From Macrostomum lignano (lineage: Eukaryota), in contig NIVC01004014.1 of the NCBI GenBank assembly GCA_002269645.1, forward strand, positions 671 to 64,670: a stretch of 64,000 nucleotides of DNA, given 5' to 3'. The translations under genes were made by a program, and so were the position numbers. This document shows, in pieces, positions 1 to 12,387 of the stretch (position 1 is the first letter of the stretch; each line of letters opens with the position of its first letter). The notes beneath the pieces are model-generated. The model did no database searches. It saw only the letters and a list, made by a program, of their open reading frames with translations, and was not told the origin of the DNA.

Positions 1-3000
1 AGCTGAGGCTTTTTTCTTATGCTTGAGCAACACAGACTAACCCGACTTCATGCTTCTCTAGCTACTGTTAGAATGGATTGGACAGGACGGGTTGGATGTA
101 ATGCGATGCTACCAAATCTGGTCAAGTCAACCCCTCTCAGCGTCTCGCCAACTGGCCAGTTTGGTATCAATATTTTAGAAGCCCTTCAGGCTAGAGAAGA
201 CTCAATCCACCTACTCTTGACTCTTCATTCCTTTCTATTTACTGACACGCTTGAGGCAAAGCTATTTCTAACATTACTGACACTGCATCTTGTTCCTCGT
301 ATGAGAAATAGTTCTCATTACTTACGGTGATGCTGGCTGAAAGCTAGTCTGCAATTGTATTATTTATCGTGAGTGCATTGTAAAGTTAGTCAGTTTGATT
401 TATTGCATTCCAAAGAGAAGAGCTCAAGGTGAAATTCAGACCGTGCAACTTTGCGTTCGTGTCCTTTGGCTAGAATATGCTTGTCGTATTAGTGTACGTA
501 CTTAGAGCGTGTGCCTTGGGGTTTTTTCACTATACTGGGTAAACTATGAAATAGATACCCCAGTACCAGTACTTGTCATTGTTGGCAGTTTTCCTACTTG
601 GCATATCCTCACATCTCCCTTTGGTTTTCCTGTTCTCCCTGTCTATAATCATAGTTTTTTCTCCGTATTGTCTGGTTTTTTTTGCGCACGAAGCCAGTAG
701 CTCAATGCTAACATGGATCTGTGACTGTGAGGATAAAATAATCAATGATCCCTGTGTCTTTCTGAGCCACCCTTCCCATCTCCAACTTTTTCGGAAGTAG
801 CAAAGTTTTCTCAGGGTAGTCTATATCCCAGTTTCTACCGCCCAGAGTTGTGCATGGCTGTTTGATCTAAATTCATCGATGTTTTATAGTCTTCCCGATC
901 TCTCGTATCTATATACGAGCTATGCTCTAGACTTCTACGAGCGTATCTGTGCTCCACCCGTCTCCGGAAAGCGCGACAGTCAATCAAATCCGAGTCCCGC
1001 TCCCCCTCTCTTTCCCTCGCCAAACTGAAACTCGGCATGGCCCAGGAAAGAAAAAAACTAGGCAGGATTGACGCGCAGTGACAAGAGCGTCTCTGGTTGT
1101 GTCGATGGGAGGAGGAAATTAAATTTTCTACTGTTTTCTTTTCACAAACGCGGCCTGAGCTATATAAGCCATGATAATGCAATGCGTGTGCAAATAAGCT
1201 GTCTTCACTTTTTACTTTTCTTTTTTGTTCGGCTTTATTCCTCCCAGGCCATGGAGCCTAAACTCGCGCCAACTCTCTCTCTCCCTCTCGCCTACCCCTT
1301 CCGTTGTGGGGGTCTCTCATTTTCCAGTCGAATGAGCAAATAAGACTTCTAAACGGTCAGTGAGGCAGCGTTGGATCCGCCTAGCTCTCGACTGGCTGCC
1401 CTCTGTTATGCGAGTATTTTTTCCCTCCTCATGTATCCTGTATGCACCAAGTGCTACCTTATTTATTGCACTTCTAATACGATGTGAAATAGTTCAGCTA
1501 CAATAATGAGAAGGAATCGCGAGGGCAATAGGCTAGCTGGCTCACATAAGCTGAAATATGAGCGCTATTATGACTTCATTTTTGTTCTGGATGAAGTGTA
1601 TTGATCGATTGATTCATATCCGGAGTGCGCGCTCTCCTGACTGGACTAGGATGGGATCACAGCTGTCACAGGGACTTATTTTTCGGCTGCAGGTGGATGC
1701 GATTGCACTACGGCTTTGCATTCCGAAATTCGAAACTCCTTTCGTGCATGCAGGAGTCATCAGAGAACAGACATCACAATTTTATACAAGCTGGTAGCTT
1801 GTGAAAGCTAAGTGAAAGTGATTACCATAGAAAGTAAACTCCCTGGTTCGGCATACTCGTGTGTTTTGTAATTGCAAGTCAGCCTGAAGTTTGAAAAAAT
1901 TGACATTTGAGCGATTGGGCGGCAGAGTTAGGAGCATCAAAATAGACAAAATGACATCCTCCGCGAGTTGGCATTCTTCGTCTCGGCAGAAGAAACAGTC
2001 TCGAAGAACAAAAAGTTTGGCTTACGTCGAAGGAAAAACTGCACAACTGCACTGCACATTTTTACATGAAGTGGCTTATTGTGCTACGCCAATAACAACA
2101 GATTCTATTGCTCAGCTGTGCGCTCATAAAAAAAGTTTCTAAGACGACGGCTGGTTGCTATGCGGAGCTGATTTCGCTTCAGTGCTTTAAGTATTCACTA
2201 ACTTGGGGTGCCCGCGTTGTCAGCATTTTTAGATCTCTGCTCGCATCCCAGTGGCTATAAAAGCCATTGGGCTATGGGCTATACAGACTTGTCAGAGAAC
2301 TCAAATACATTAAATATCCAGATCTTGTGCACGCTCATACGCACACAGGCTCAATAGAGAGAAAGGACGACCACATGAGCCGTTAATATAATATTGCATG
2401 TGCCGTTCGTTTGTCAGGCAATCACCATCAATGCCTTGGACTGGGACCACGAGCAGTTTTGGGAAGGGAGAGAAAGAACCGTAAGAATGTGGTACGCCGA
2501 GCAGTACTTCGATTTGGCGAGGGTTGCAAGCAGAAGCGGTGGCACTGATGACGGCAAAACAGTGCTAGATGGGAAGCAGCGAACTCTCTGCGGCTTAATT
2601 TGGCAGGGGCTACGGCCCTACTATTCCTGACCAGCTGCTGCCGGCGGAAAAAGCAGACGGATAGACAGAAGAGTTGAGTTTTTTCCCGCCGGACTCTTGT
2701 TGTTTGATGGGGCTCGGGGCTGTAGAGCGCCCTACTCAGGCGAACGCCTCTCCCTCTGTTAGTTGCCTCCAGCATTTTTCTTTGCCCTGGCGTTCCTGCT
2801 TTCTCAGAATCGACCCGCAGAGAGGTCGGAGGCACGAGGCTGAGAGAAACAAGGCGAGGCAGGCCTTTTCTTTCTGGACACACAGCCCTCTTTTTTCGCG
2901 GTTTGGTCTGGTCGGAGAAATCGCGCGGCCGATTGGTTCGTGCGTGTGTGTGTGGACAAGAATAATAATAATTTCCATCTGGAACAAGTCTCACCTGTGC

Positions 3001-3835
3001 TTTCTACTTTGCTTCCTCCCTACCTCTTGCACTGCAAACTAGGAAAAATATGTGACGTCGGATTTTTTCGGGCGCAGTGAAATTTTTTGCTCATCGATCA
3101 AAAATGCCTTTTCTAATCTGCCGGCGCACGCATCAGGAAACGAAATCTTGCCACTAGAAAGTACATTTTATAAGCTCACTCAAATGGATTTTCAATCTCT
3201 TGTATTACCTTCTGACTGCATAGGCGTGGCATCAGTTCAATTCGCTGGATTCCATTTCCAATCGAGCGCATGGTGGCTTAACAGACTTCTGTTTTTAATT
3301 TAATCCCCTTTCTCCGTCTGTCCGCCTCTCTCCAGTCCATCGCGCCCGCCTAATGATCAGAATTTCCCCTAAACTGCAGCTCCAATTACTTGAGGAAATT
3401 GAGGCCTCGCCTTTCAGAATCCAAGGCTGCTGAACTGAACCATTTGAGATGCTCAAAATTCATTAAAACTCTCGTGTTAGGAGAGAGGATTAAAATCGGC
3501 CTTACGAAAGCTTTTTCTCTATGCAATCGATGGATGCTCAACGGAATCTAATCAGATGCTATGGGTCTCTGTCTCTTTTGTTCATCTTTTTTGTTTTTTT
3601 TTCAATCAAGTCCTCTTGTTAAGCAAGGCTTACTGGGCTTACATGACCCCGTCTACACCCGCCTCTTCTGCTGCTCGAGGCTGTCGCACTGTGGCAGCAG
3701 CCTCATCTGCCGCGGCAGCTGGCTAGGGCCGGCCTGCTGGCAAGTCACCTAGCCGGGGCCGCTGCCCTCCTGCGGCTGCTGCAACTGGCCGCCGAGCCGC
3801 TGCCCTCCTGGCTGCACAGCTGCCTGGCGCCGGCT

Positions 3836-4960
3836 TTGATTTGTAAGCTCAGACGGCGCCTGTTTCGCGCCCTGTCCGGATTGGCGCCGGTCTGCCGGAC
3901 TTCGGAATCTGCTGGCCGGCTGCGCCTCATGCCGGCGCTGCTGCAGCCACCGCCTGATGAAGCCGTCTGCGATGAGCTTGAGCACGATAGCTGCGCCGCT
4001 GAGCAGCAGGACCCGCCAGTTGTCCTTTTCGACGAGGAGGGCCGACTGTTTCCCGAGGACGACGACGACGGCCTGGGCGCGTCGGTCTTTGGCGACGGTT
4101 TCTCATCGTCGGCCAGCGAGGGCGATGAAGTGGAGGACTGCGAGGGGGGCGGCGGCGCCGAGCTGACTGAGGAGCCGGCCTGGCTGGAGCTGCAGGAGCC
4201 CAACCGCATGGTGCGCCTGCAGGGTCCCTACCGGCTGTGCTACGGTCTCAGCCCCACCAACCAGCCATTGGCAGCCGAGGACGCCGACGCCGACTCTCCG
4301 TTCTGCGACGCTTCAACGCCGGAGCCGCCTCGGCCGAGGACTTCGTCCTGTTCGGCGGCCGCCGCCGCCGTCGTTACCGAATGCCCAGCATCGACAGATC
4401 CGGCCGCACTGGAGAAGCTGCAGCGCCTGGAGGCTGAGCTGGCAGCCCTGCGCGAGCAGGTGGCCCGCCTCGTGTCCGCCCAGGAGAGCTCCGCCAAGCA
4501 GGAGCCGCCGCAGGCGCCATTTCGTGCGCCGCCGCCGCCACCGCCACCTGCGCCTCCGCCGCCACCACCGCCGCCGCCGCCAACCCCGTTAGTGATTCCG
4601 CGCCGCGGCCGGAACGCCGGCGATGGCGGTGCCGCAGCAGCTTCGCCGTCGGGCTCCAAGCCGCCGACGATGCCGGCTATCGACATGGGCGCCCTGCTGG
4701 CCGACATCGGCAAAGTCCGCCTGCGGCCAACCCGGCAGGACAAGTCGCCCGGCGGTACGCCGCTGAAGCCGCGCAACCGGGCGCAGGACCCGCGGCGCCA
4801 GGAGCGGCGCCAGTCGCCAATCAGCGGCGACCCGGCCGCCATCATTGCCGCCGCTTTGCAGCGCAAATTTAAAAACGTCGCCTCGCCGCCGCCGCAGGCG
4901 ACTCCGACAGCAGCAGCGCGGCAGGGCGGCGACAAGGAGAACGGGGAGTCTTTTGCTTGA
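3836..4960 (+). CDS. MTFR1: Mitochondrial fission regulator (MTFR1/FAM54 family) protein; 5' end uncertain
   Basis: The ORF has the family's ordered motifs: ALEKLQRLEAELAALREQVARLV coiled coil, polyproline tract, MGALLADIGKVRLRP, DPAAIIAAALQRKF. The frame is open back to 3647 and the first in-frame ATG is at 3929, so the true start or an upstream exon is unresolved. Confidence 0.8.
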   Translation: MICKLRRRLFRALSGLAPVCRTSESAGRLRLMPALLQPPPDEAVCDELEHDSCAAEQQDPPVVLFDEEGRLFPEDDDDGLGASVFGDGFSSSASEGDEVEDCEGGGGAELTEEPAWLELQEPNRMVRLQGPYRLCYGLSPTNQPLAAEDADADSPFCDASTPEPPRPRTSSCSAAAAAVVTECPASTDPAALEKLQRLEAELAALREQVARLVSAQESSAKQEPPQAPFRAPPPPPPPAPPPPPPPPPPTPLVIPRRGRNAGDGGAAAASPSGSKPPTMPAIDMGALLADIGKVRLRPTRQDKSPGGTPLKPRNRAQDPRRQERRQSPISGDPAAIIAAALQRKFKNVASPPPQATPTAAARQGGDKENGESFA

Positions 4961-5550
4961 GCGGGATTCTATTTTTATGTTCTATTTAGTCTTTGTTGGA
5001 TCTCTGTTGGTCCCATCTGTGTTCAATCGGTTGTTATTTTCAATGCAAACTCCGCCAATTATTTTCCCTACTGTCTAGTAGTATCGATGGGACATTTTCA
5101 TTATTAATATTTTCCGATGCAATATGAAAAACACGGTTTTCGTTGTGCATTTTGCATTGACTTGGTTTTATTATAACAGTACCCATGCACTGCATGTTCC
5201 AGTCCGAGCATTCTATATAAAATATATGCCAATTTTTTGTTGTCCTTTGCGTTTTACAATTTCCTAACTGAATATATTAAATGGTGCTTCTGCATCATCG
5301 CCATATCGCTCATTGCGCTGCAATCTTAACCCAGGTTCCAATGCTATTCGCAACACTGGCCATGAGAATATAAACTGCTGACTTGTTTGTGACGGCTAAA
5401 CTGCCGTTTGATAATATATAATTAATGATGGGCGCATCGTCCAGCTTCAGCCCTGAAGAAAGTCTCATGTTTATTGCTATTAATAATTTGCTGACTCTTG
5501 TAATCTGTCCTGGTTGGATTTTACTAGCCAATAAAAACATTCCTGGCCAA

Positions 5551-6057
5551 CAATCTAGGGGTAAGATTTCGGAGCTGGTAATCTAGGGGTGAGATTTCAA
5601 AGCTGGTAATCTAGGGATGAGATTTCAAAGCTGGTAATCTAGGGGTGAGATTTCAAAGCTGTCAATCTAGAGGTGAGATTTCGGAGCTGACAATCAAGGG
5701 GTGAGATTTCGGAGCTGCCAATCTAGGGGTAAGATTTCAGAGCTGGCAATCTAGGTGTGAGATTTCGGAGCTGGCAATCTAGAGGTGAGATTTTGGAGCT
5801 GACAATCAAGAGGTGAGATTTCGGAGCTGACAATCAAGGGGTGAGATTTCGGAGCTGACAATCAAGGGTGAGATTTCGAAGCTGGCAATCTAGGGGTGAG
5901 ATTTCGGAGCTGGCAATCTAGGGGTGAGATTTCGAAGCTGGCAATCTAGGGGTGAGATTTCGAAGTTGGCAATCTAGGGGTGAGATTTCGGAGCTAGCAA
6001 TCGAGGGGTGAGATTTCGGAGCTGACAATCAAGGGGTGAGATTTCGGAGCTGACAAT
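5551..6057. repeat. 28-bp minisatellite (TAGGGGTGAGATTTCGGAGCTGGCAATC)n
   Basis: Tandem units with a 28-bp period (e.g. 5891 and 5919). Confidence 0.95.
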
Positions 6058-6167
6058 ACCAGGTGCGTGTCTTTAAAGCGATACTTCAAGACTGGGATAG
6101 TGGGGCTGACAATGTTTATGATGACTTTTTGACCCCAACCTCCCACAGCACCTGCTATCCAGCAGTC

Positions 6168-6974
6168 ATGTCCAGCGACACAGCAACTACAGCAACGACA
6201 GCAGCAACATCGACATCAGCATCCGCTTCTTCCTCAGCAGAACCCGCTGCTTCCGTTACTGCAAACGCGGCCTTTCAGGAGCCGCCCATCTTGACCATGG
6301 AGGACGGGGCAGCGGCTGCACGTCGGGTTAATCAAGGCGGAGGGGGCGGCGGCCAGCGCTCGCGAACCTCTGCGACGGCCAAGGCAAAGTCCGGCAAAGC
6401 TGCCCGAAGACCCGCGACAAAAGCGGGAGGTGGCCGCTCGCGCGCTGCTGGCGGCGGCGGCGGTGGCGCCCGCAGCGGCGGAGGTGGCAGCCAGTCCCGA
6501 CGTCGGGCCCGGGGCGGCGGCTCCGCATCCGGCCCGGAGTTGCCGTCTGGGCAGGCGCCGCTGCCGCCAGGCGCTGTGCGGATTTTCACGGATGATTTTC
6601 TCCGGCTGAATGCGCAGCGCGAAAAGCTCGCGCGCCAGCTGCGCCGCTCCGTCATTGTGCGCGAGGAGGAGGCCCTGCTGCGGGCTCGCCACACCGAGGA
6701 CCTCGCTGACGCTGTCGCTGATCTGCTAGCTCGCCGGGACGCAGAAGAAGCCGACGCTGAGCTGCTGACTGCCGGGCTGGCCGACCTTTGCCGCCGGGTA
6801 GTCGAAGCGTTTCCTCAACTGGCATCGACAGCCGATGCTGGCGACGGTCCCGAAAGCGCTACAGCGGAGCAGCGGCTGGCTGCGAGCGTCAATCAGCTGA
6901 GCAACCGTCTGGATCCCGAAGCTGTTAGACAAGTGCTGGTGGAGTTTTCAACTGCATTTGAATCGGAGAAATAG
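6168..6974 (+). CDS. HMG20: HMG20A/B-like coiled-coil protein, no HMG box visible
   Basis: VRIFTDDFLRLNAQREKLARQLRRSVIVREEEALLRARHTEDL matches the HMG20 C-terminal coiled-coil start ([22 protein letters not shown]...EEQNAVLQRHT, recalled). In-frame ATG at 6168. The N-terminal half is low-complexity Ala/Gly/Ser/Arg. Confidence 0.65.
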   Translation: MSSDTATTATTAATSTSASASSSAEPAASVTANAAFQEPPILTMEDGAAAARRVNQGGGGGGQRSRTSATAKAKSGKAARRPATKAGGGRSRAAGGGGGGARSGGGGSQSRRRARGGGSASGPELPSGQAPLPPGAVRIFTDDFLRLNAQREKLARQLRRSVIVREEEALLRARHTEDLADAVADLLARRDAEEADAELLTAGLADLCRRVVEAFPQLASTADAGDGPESATAEQRLAASVNQLSNRLDPEAVRQVLVEFSTAFESEK

Positions 6975-7312
6975 CCGCTTGCGATATAGAAATTTTCAGC
7001 ATAGTGCATTTTGAACTGAGTTCCTATTCTCTTTAGCCTTTAATATAATAACTATAGTAATTATGACTGCCTTGAATGTTTAGTTGCGAAAATTATCGAG
7101 ATGTTATTTTAGTGACTCATTTTCTTATCGGCATTTGCATGTATAAGCAGGCTTCGTTTGCCAGCAATCCGGTAGTGCCGGTGGTCCGCAGCAGCGCGGT
7201 CCCCCTGTCGGAGGGTCCAGTATGTCAGTATGAATATTTGTAAAAATGATTGTTGCAAATATTTGGCTTAATAAAAATGTTTAATGGCCAGATGTGCAAC
7301 CGACAGCTCAGC

Positions 7313-7538
7313 CGCAGCTATTGCGCGGCGCATCTGGAGGCTGCTTACGGCTGTTCAGTCCAAGGACTGGGGGGGTCGCCACACACACCCTCATTTACCC
7401 CAGCTAATGCTGGTACCCATTTTATAGCTGGGTGAACTGAGAAGCAATGTAGAGTTGTCTTGCTCAAGGGCACAAATTGTTCCGAGAACCAAACCCATAA
7501 CCTTTCCAGTCGTGAGTCCGATGTTCTAACCACTAGGC
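7313..7538 (-). mobile_element. tRNA-derived SINE, family B, copy 1
   Basis: Near-identical to 43559-43757. On the minus strand the head reads ...TAGTGGTTAGAAC... (A-box-like). The body CCCATTTTATAGCTGGGTGAACTGAG...TGTCTTGCTCAAGGGCACA resembles the reverse-complement MIR/CORE-type SINE segment. Confidence 0.7.
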
Positions 7539-8141
7539 TTCAACTACTTCTGACTTAAAACCAGAGATGTTGTGAGATTCAATTTAGACTACTGTGACTA
7601 GTAGACTAATAAAGGTTTGGATCGCGAAATCTTTCGCATAGCCCGAAAAATGTCGCCATAACAAATTGCAAGATAAAATAAGCGTCCGTGTACGAGTACC
7701 CGATTACCATATCTCTTGGCATTCTCACGCCCACTCCGCTAACTGTCTCTCGCATCCAATTTTCCTGCTTTTCTTTTCTTGATTCTCTTTTGTGCCTGTG
7801 ACGCCTTCCGTTACTGCGCAGCTTTGACGCCTCCGGTGAAGTTCTCTGTGGAACTCGTTTTCTGTATCTTGTTTCTGCGCGGAGGCCTTCCTACGGAATG
7901 TTCTACCTCCGGCATTCATCTTCGCGTCTTGACTTTGTTTAAGAAAAGAAAATGTTTCTTGTCAGCGGTAGCGAAGCTGGTGGTCTTCTGCGGTTTCTTG
8001 CTTTTAGCCAGGAAACCGTCGGCAGGCTTTAGCATCCGTTCTAGAGGCTATTGTGTGCAGTCAATGCTTTCTTGATCACCAATTTATAAAGCGGCAGACA
8101 TTGAAACAAATTTTGCGCTCCCTGTTAAGCTGCACAAGTGA

Positions 8142-8913
8142 ATGCCACAAAAACCACTCGGCATGCGTCTTAGCCTCGCTATTGTTGCAGTAGTCGCTCT
8201 GCTGGCCTCTGAGTCGCTGTGCCAGCGCAAGGCCACTCGGGTCTATGTCGGCTGCTTTGTTGACTATGCTCTACCTAACAGGGACATGCTGGGTCTGTTT
8301 GGCATCGCCCAGCTTGGACCGTTTAGCGTCACCTACATGCTCAACGGGTTTGTGAGAAGAAGCGACATGACGGTGTATCTGTGCATCGAAATCTGCACCT
8401 ACGACGGCTTTCGATACTCTGCGGTGCAGGGCATCAATTACTGCGCCTGCGACTCCAGCTACGGCTCCTGGGGTCCGGCACCAGAATCTGAGTGCATGTA
8501 CCAGTGTGCTGGAAATGCTAGCCAAGTCTGCGGCGGATCGTACCGAAACTCTGTCTACGAGAATGTGTACTCAACCAGTGAGTTCACATTCAGCTGAGAT
8601 TATAATTGAATTATCAAGTCTCAACCTGTCTCGTCCATTGGCAGAACCCATTTTGCCCCGTGCAGTCCCGCGGAGTCTTCATTTCCGCAAGTTAGCCGCC
8701 GCTGCCGCCCCTCCGCTGGTCACCACTGCCGAATTCGCCGGCTCCTTGGGCTGGGACGTCAAGACGCAGAGTCTGATGCAGTGCGCAGCCTCCTGCGCCC
8801 GGTCTGCCAGCTGCTCCTCCTATCGCTTCAACAGCAGCAGCGGCCTCTGCCGCCTCAGCAGGTTCGCCACCGCCTTCGCCAACGAGACTGGCGATGTGTG
8901 GATCGTCGGCTGA
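8142..8913 (+). CDS. Secreted WSC-domain plus PAN/apple-like domain protein (2 exons)
   Basis: Signal peptide (LSLAIVAVVALLASESLC) followed by a WSC pattern YVGCF...C...C...Y.AV....C.C....C...C.GN..QVCGG. Donor GTGAGT at 8578 (phase 1). Phase-compatible acceptors give exon 2 starting at 8666 or 8696. Exon 2 encodes CAASCARSASCSSYRFNSSSGLCRL. Confidence 0.8.
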
Positions 8914-9263
8914 AGCCTCGGGAGTCCGGCTGGTAGTTTTGGTTAAACGCCTTAGTTAGCCTTCATCCTGCTTCAAACTGTTTTTGATGAAGCAAAACTC
9001 TTTCTGAACTCCAGCAACAAGTTTTTCAAGGCACTACTCTCGTAATCTAATCGAGAAGTTCAGAAATTTGTTGAATTTAATATTTCAAATTTAGTTTTCT
9101 TGGTTTCAACGCCAAATCTGGCTTAGATTTTTTTACTGTCTCGCAATAAATCAACTATCACTGGAACTGGCCGCACGGTTGAGCGAAAAATTCCATAAAT
9201 AAAGCATGCTTCGAGAAGTCGCTTGATTTCTGGTTAATGGGGAATTTTCGACAATTAGTTATT

Positions 9264-9504
9264 CAGTGGCGTTGCCATGGATTCTATGGTGGGGAGTTCT
9301 TTGGCGCCGCAGGCACTCATTTTGGCGCCGCAGGCACTCATTTTGGCGCCGCAGGCACTCATTTAGCTCGTATTGTGGCGCCCTGAAGCAAGATTTCCAT
9401 AACGGGTCACAAAGTGGGGCGCAGGGAGACAGCATTGGCATTCCCCCATAGCTTTTACTGGGGGGGGGACATGTGTCGCCCCCCCCCCGTTGGCGACGCC
9501 CCTG
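9264..9504. mobile_element. Non-autonomous TIR element (MITE, hAT-like termini)
   Basis: Imperfect TIRs CAGTGGCGTTGCCA / TGGCGACGCCCCTG, an internal 22-bp unit x3 (TTTTGGCGCCGCAGGCACTCAT) and a G8/C-run hairpin near the right end. No TSD seen. Confidence 0.6.
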
Positions 9505-11372
9505 GTGCGAGCCAAGCTGTTGCACCGCATTGAGATAGGGAATCATGCATAACGTCAGTTCTATGCATGTATTATTATTAGACTGATAGTAGTTAATAGC
9601 AACATACTCTACTTTTCAAATCAGTCCAAGTAGTACATGAAGCTTTCTAGCGCAGTTCTATATAGTTTTTTTCAGAGAATTTAAACTCCAAACTTGGCGC
9701 GCGACAAAGCAGAGTCAGTCAGTAAATTCGTAGCCAAGCCCAGCGAGAGCACAGCTCGTATACTCTGCTGCCACCCTAATTATCGCGCTCGGTCAGTGCA
9801 ACTCAAACCAGCTGAGCAACTTTGCTACCAATTGCGACAGCTGGGCTTAGACGAAGGAGTTTGTCTCTCATCTCCGGTTTCCGTGTCCGCTAAGTTCTGT
9901 TGCCATGCCAACGCGTCATCCTCTGTAACCCGACCGAACGTTGCGGCTTCATCGCGTACTGCAGAAAACAAGTTTTCCCTTGGAATTCCGTTGCTACCCA
10001 GCCAGCCATATCGGGGCAGCCTTGTACGTAGTTTGGTCTGCCGAGCGAAATTAACTGCTGCTTCTGCCGGAGGAGACGCCCGCGCATTCTGGCAGCCGAA
10101 GTCGAGGCCAATTAATTTGATGCAGATTGGATTTCCTTGCTTTTTTGTTAAAAAGGGGAGGCGGCCTGCATGGGTATAGGCCTGGCTGAAGTCCGCATGC
10201 TGACGAGTCCTCTTTGCATCCAGTTGCTGCGGTCCCTCCCTGCCCCCGCTCCATTTCACTCAGTAGAAAAGTGGACCCAGCCGGTAGAGCGGCGGACCAA
10301 TGGAATAAAATAGGACAAATGCTTGTGTGGCGAGCTTGGAGTCTAAACCAATCTCACTGACGGTCATTCTATATTCCCCTCCGCTCCCCATCATCCAGGC
10401 GGGTTCTGCCCTCTGAGCTGGAGTTTGAGTGTTGCGAAAAAAATCAATTCCCTCGCTCCTCATCTCACTCCGGTCTGTCTGTTGCTTCTCAACTTTCGCA
10501 CGGGACTACGCCTCTGGTCCTACGCGAGGAATCTGTCTCGCTCATTCGATATTGCAGACTGCGGGTTGCCGGCTGTCTCACTATCTCCGACTTTCTCATC
10601 CGTCAACTCGTCTGTTCGTTGAGCCATGCAGACTTCATTTGATTTTATTTGTTTTATTTTTAGCCTAGAGGAAAAAAGAAAATTGCAGCCGCTCGCATAG
10701 TCAGCCGCAATGGCTCGGCATCGCCCTCAGCCGCCACCCCATTCAATTTGAACGGCCTTTTTCTACTACTTTTTCATTTCCCAGCCCAGGCTGCCACGAT
10801 CCGCCAGCGCCTCTCCGACGGGTACCGGACGTGTTTCGCCCTGCTCTTCCCCTTCACCTTACCTTGCATCCGTGCAGCTTCCCTGCTCCCGTCTCTCTGC
10901 TCCCCGCACTGGCTCTCATCTCCTAAGTGGTTGGCTGACCGCCTGGCCAATCCGGCTGGTCTTCAGCCAAACCGTTCACAGCAGGCAGCCTTGCACAAAA
11001 GCAGCATAGCGAGGCTGTCCGCTCTGTGGAGCCCCGCGAGCACGGCATTAATTTGCCAAAAACACCGCGCTGGGTTGTAAAACTCACTGAGCAATTGTAA
11101 AACCTGCCGGACCATTAGAATCCTGCCTGCCTCGGACCAAACACTATTGGGCTTTGGCTAATTTTGCGCGAAGCGTACTGTTCTCTCCAATTCGCCTGAC
11201 TGCACGTGAGTGGGCGGCTTGATTTTTGTGATTTGGTCTCCGTCAGAATGCAGTTTGGAGTTTCAGTTTAACAAATGAGCTCCGCATGCACAAAATCACC
11301 ATTGAGATTCATACAGAGTCTTCAATTAGCTGCTCAATGTATCTCCATTTTTTACTTGTGTATGAAGTACTT

Positions 11373-11702
11373 TTTAAGCGACATTGTCACCAACCAGCGA
11401 GAGGCATTACTGCCCATTCCGCCGACCCCCCTTAGCAGGCACACAAGCGCGCGGATACGTACGCAGTCATACGCACAGGCACTCACACAGGAGTGTACAG
11501 CGGCCCTAACTTTATTTATCGTTAGGCATGTACACTTCACTGTGCCTGTGAGGTTGGCCCTCAATTATAAGGCCGTTAATTGCACGAGCAGAGCCAAGCC
11601 GAGATTTCAATTTAGCCCCAAATAAATGTGACTGCACTTGGAATCGAGCCTGGGCCGCTGGCACATCAGAGCGCCGCGCCAGACTACTGGGCTACGGCCC
11701 TT
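11373..11702 (-). mobile_element. tRNA-derived SINE, family A
   Basis: Reverse-complement match to the full copy at 57666-58022, including the head GGCCGTAGCCCAG...GGCTCGATTCCAAGTGCAGTCAC. Confidence 0.8.
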
Positions 11703-12312
11703 CCCTTACGTGTAATGTATCCCAATGAGCTCCACAAAGAATACCCCGTTTACCTGAATCGACCCAGTGGCCCTTTTCAACAGAGGCTCGCGTGCAGACT
11801 CGGTCCCGAAGCAGTGGTGGAGAATGACAGACGGCAGGGAGAGTCACAGAGCTGAGGATTAAGGCTGAGCTGATACAGATTGACTCCCCCCGCAACTCGA
11901 TTCAAAATGAGATTTCGTCCCGTCCCCCCGTCTCCCCAGTTCCCTCGCTACCATGGGCATGTCGCTAATCTCTGCAAGTCGTTTCGAATTTCTTCTCTAT
12001 TCGAATTTTGCCGATCCTGTGTGCGCGGAACCCCCACCCCCCCCCCTAGCTCTCTTGCTCTTCCCATTCGAATCCTGGTAGCTATGAGCGATAGGAGACC
12101 CACCGGCTTTAGTGAAAGACTGCATTTCTTCTTTCTCTATATATACATTCGCTTCATGCACTTGCCCCCAAGGCTATGACGCCTGTCTGAATGAGACTAT
12201 GGCATTAATTTATGCTGGAGAGCTGCGCCTCTTTCGTAATCAGATAAGTCCTTAATGGCCCGCCACCGCTCTCCAGGCTTCTTCGCGCATCCGCTTCTAC
12301 TTTTCTTCGCGG

Positions 12313-12316
<4 letters not shown>

Positions 12317-12387
<71 letters not shown>

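Noticed and set aside
19-3303. Short ORFs in the first 3.3 kb (e.g. 835..1182, 2394..2630, 2428..2994)
   Set aside because: No recognisable domain or consistent splice structure. Small exons cannot be excluded.
3745-4935. Minus-strand ORFs over the MTFR gene, and likewise antisense ORFs over the HMG20-like, Kv, TTLL and PACC1 exons
   Set aside because: These are shadow ORFs of GC-rich coding sequence with no recognisable motifs.
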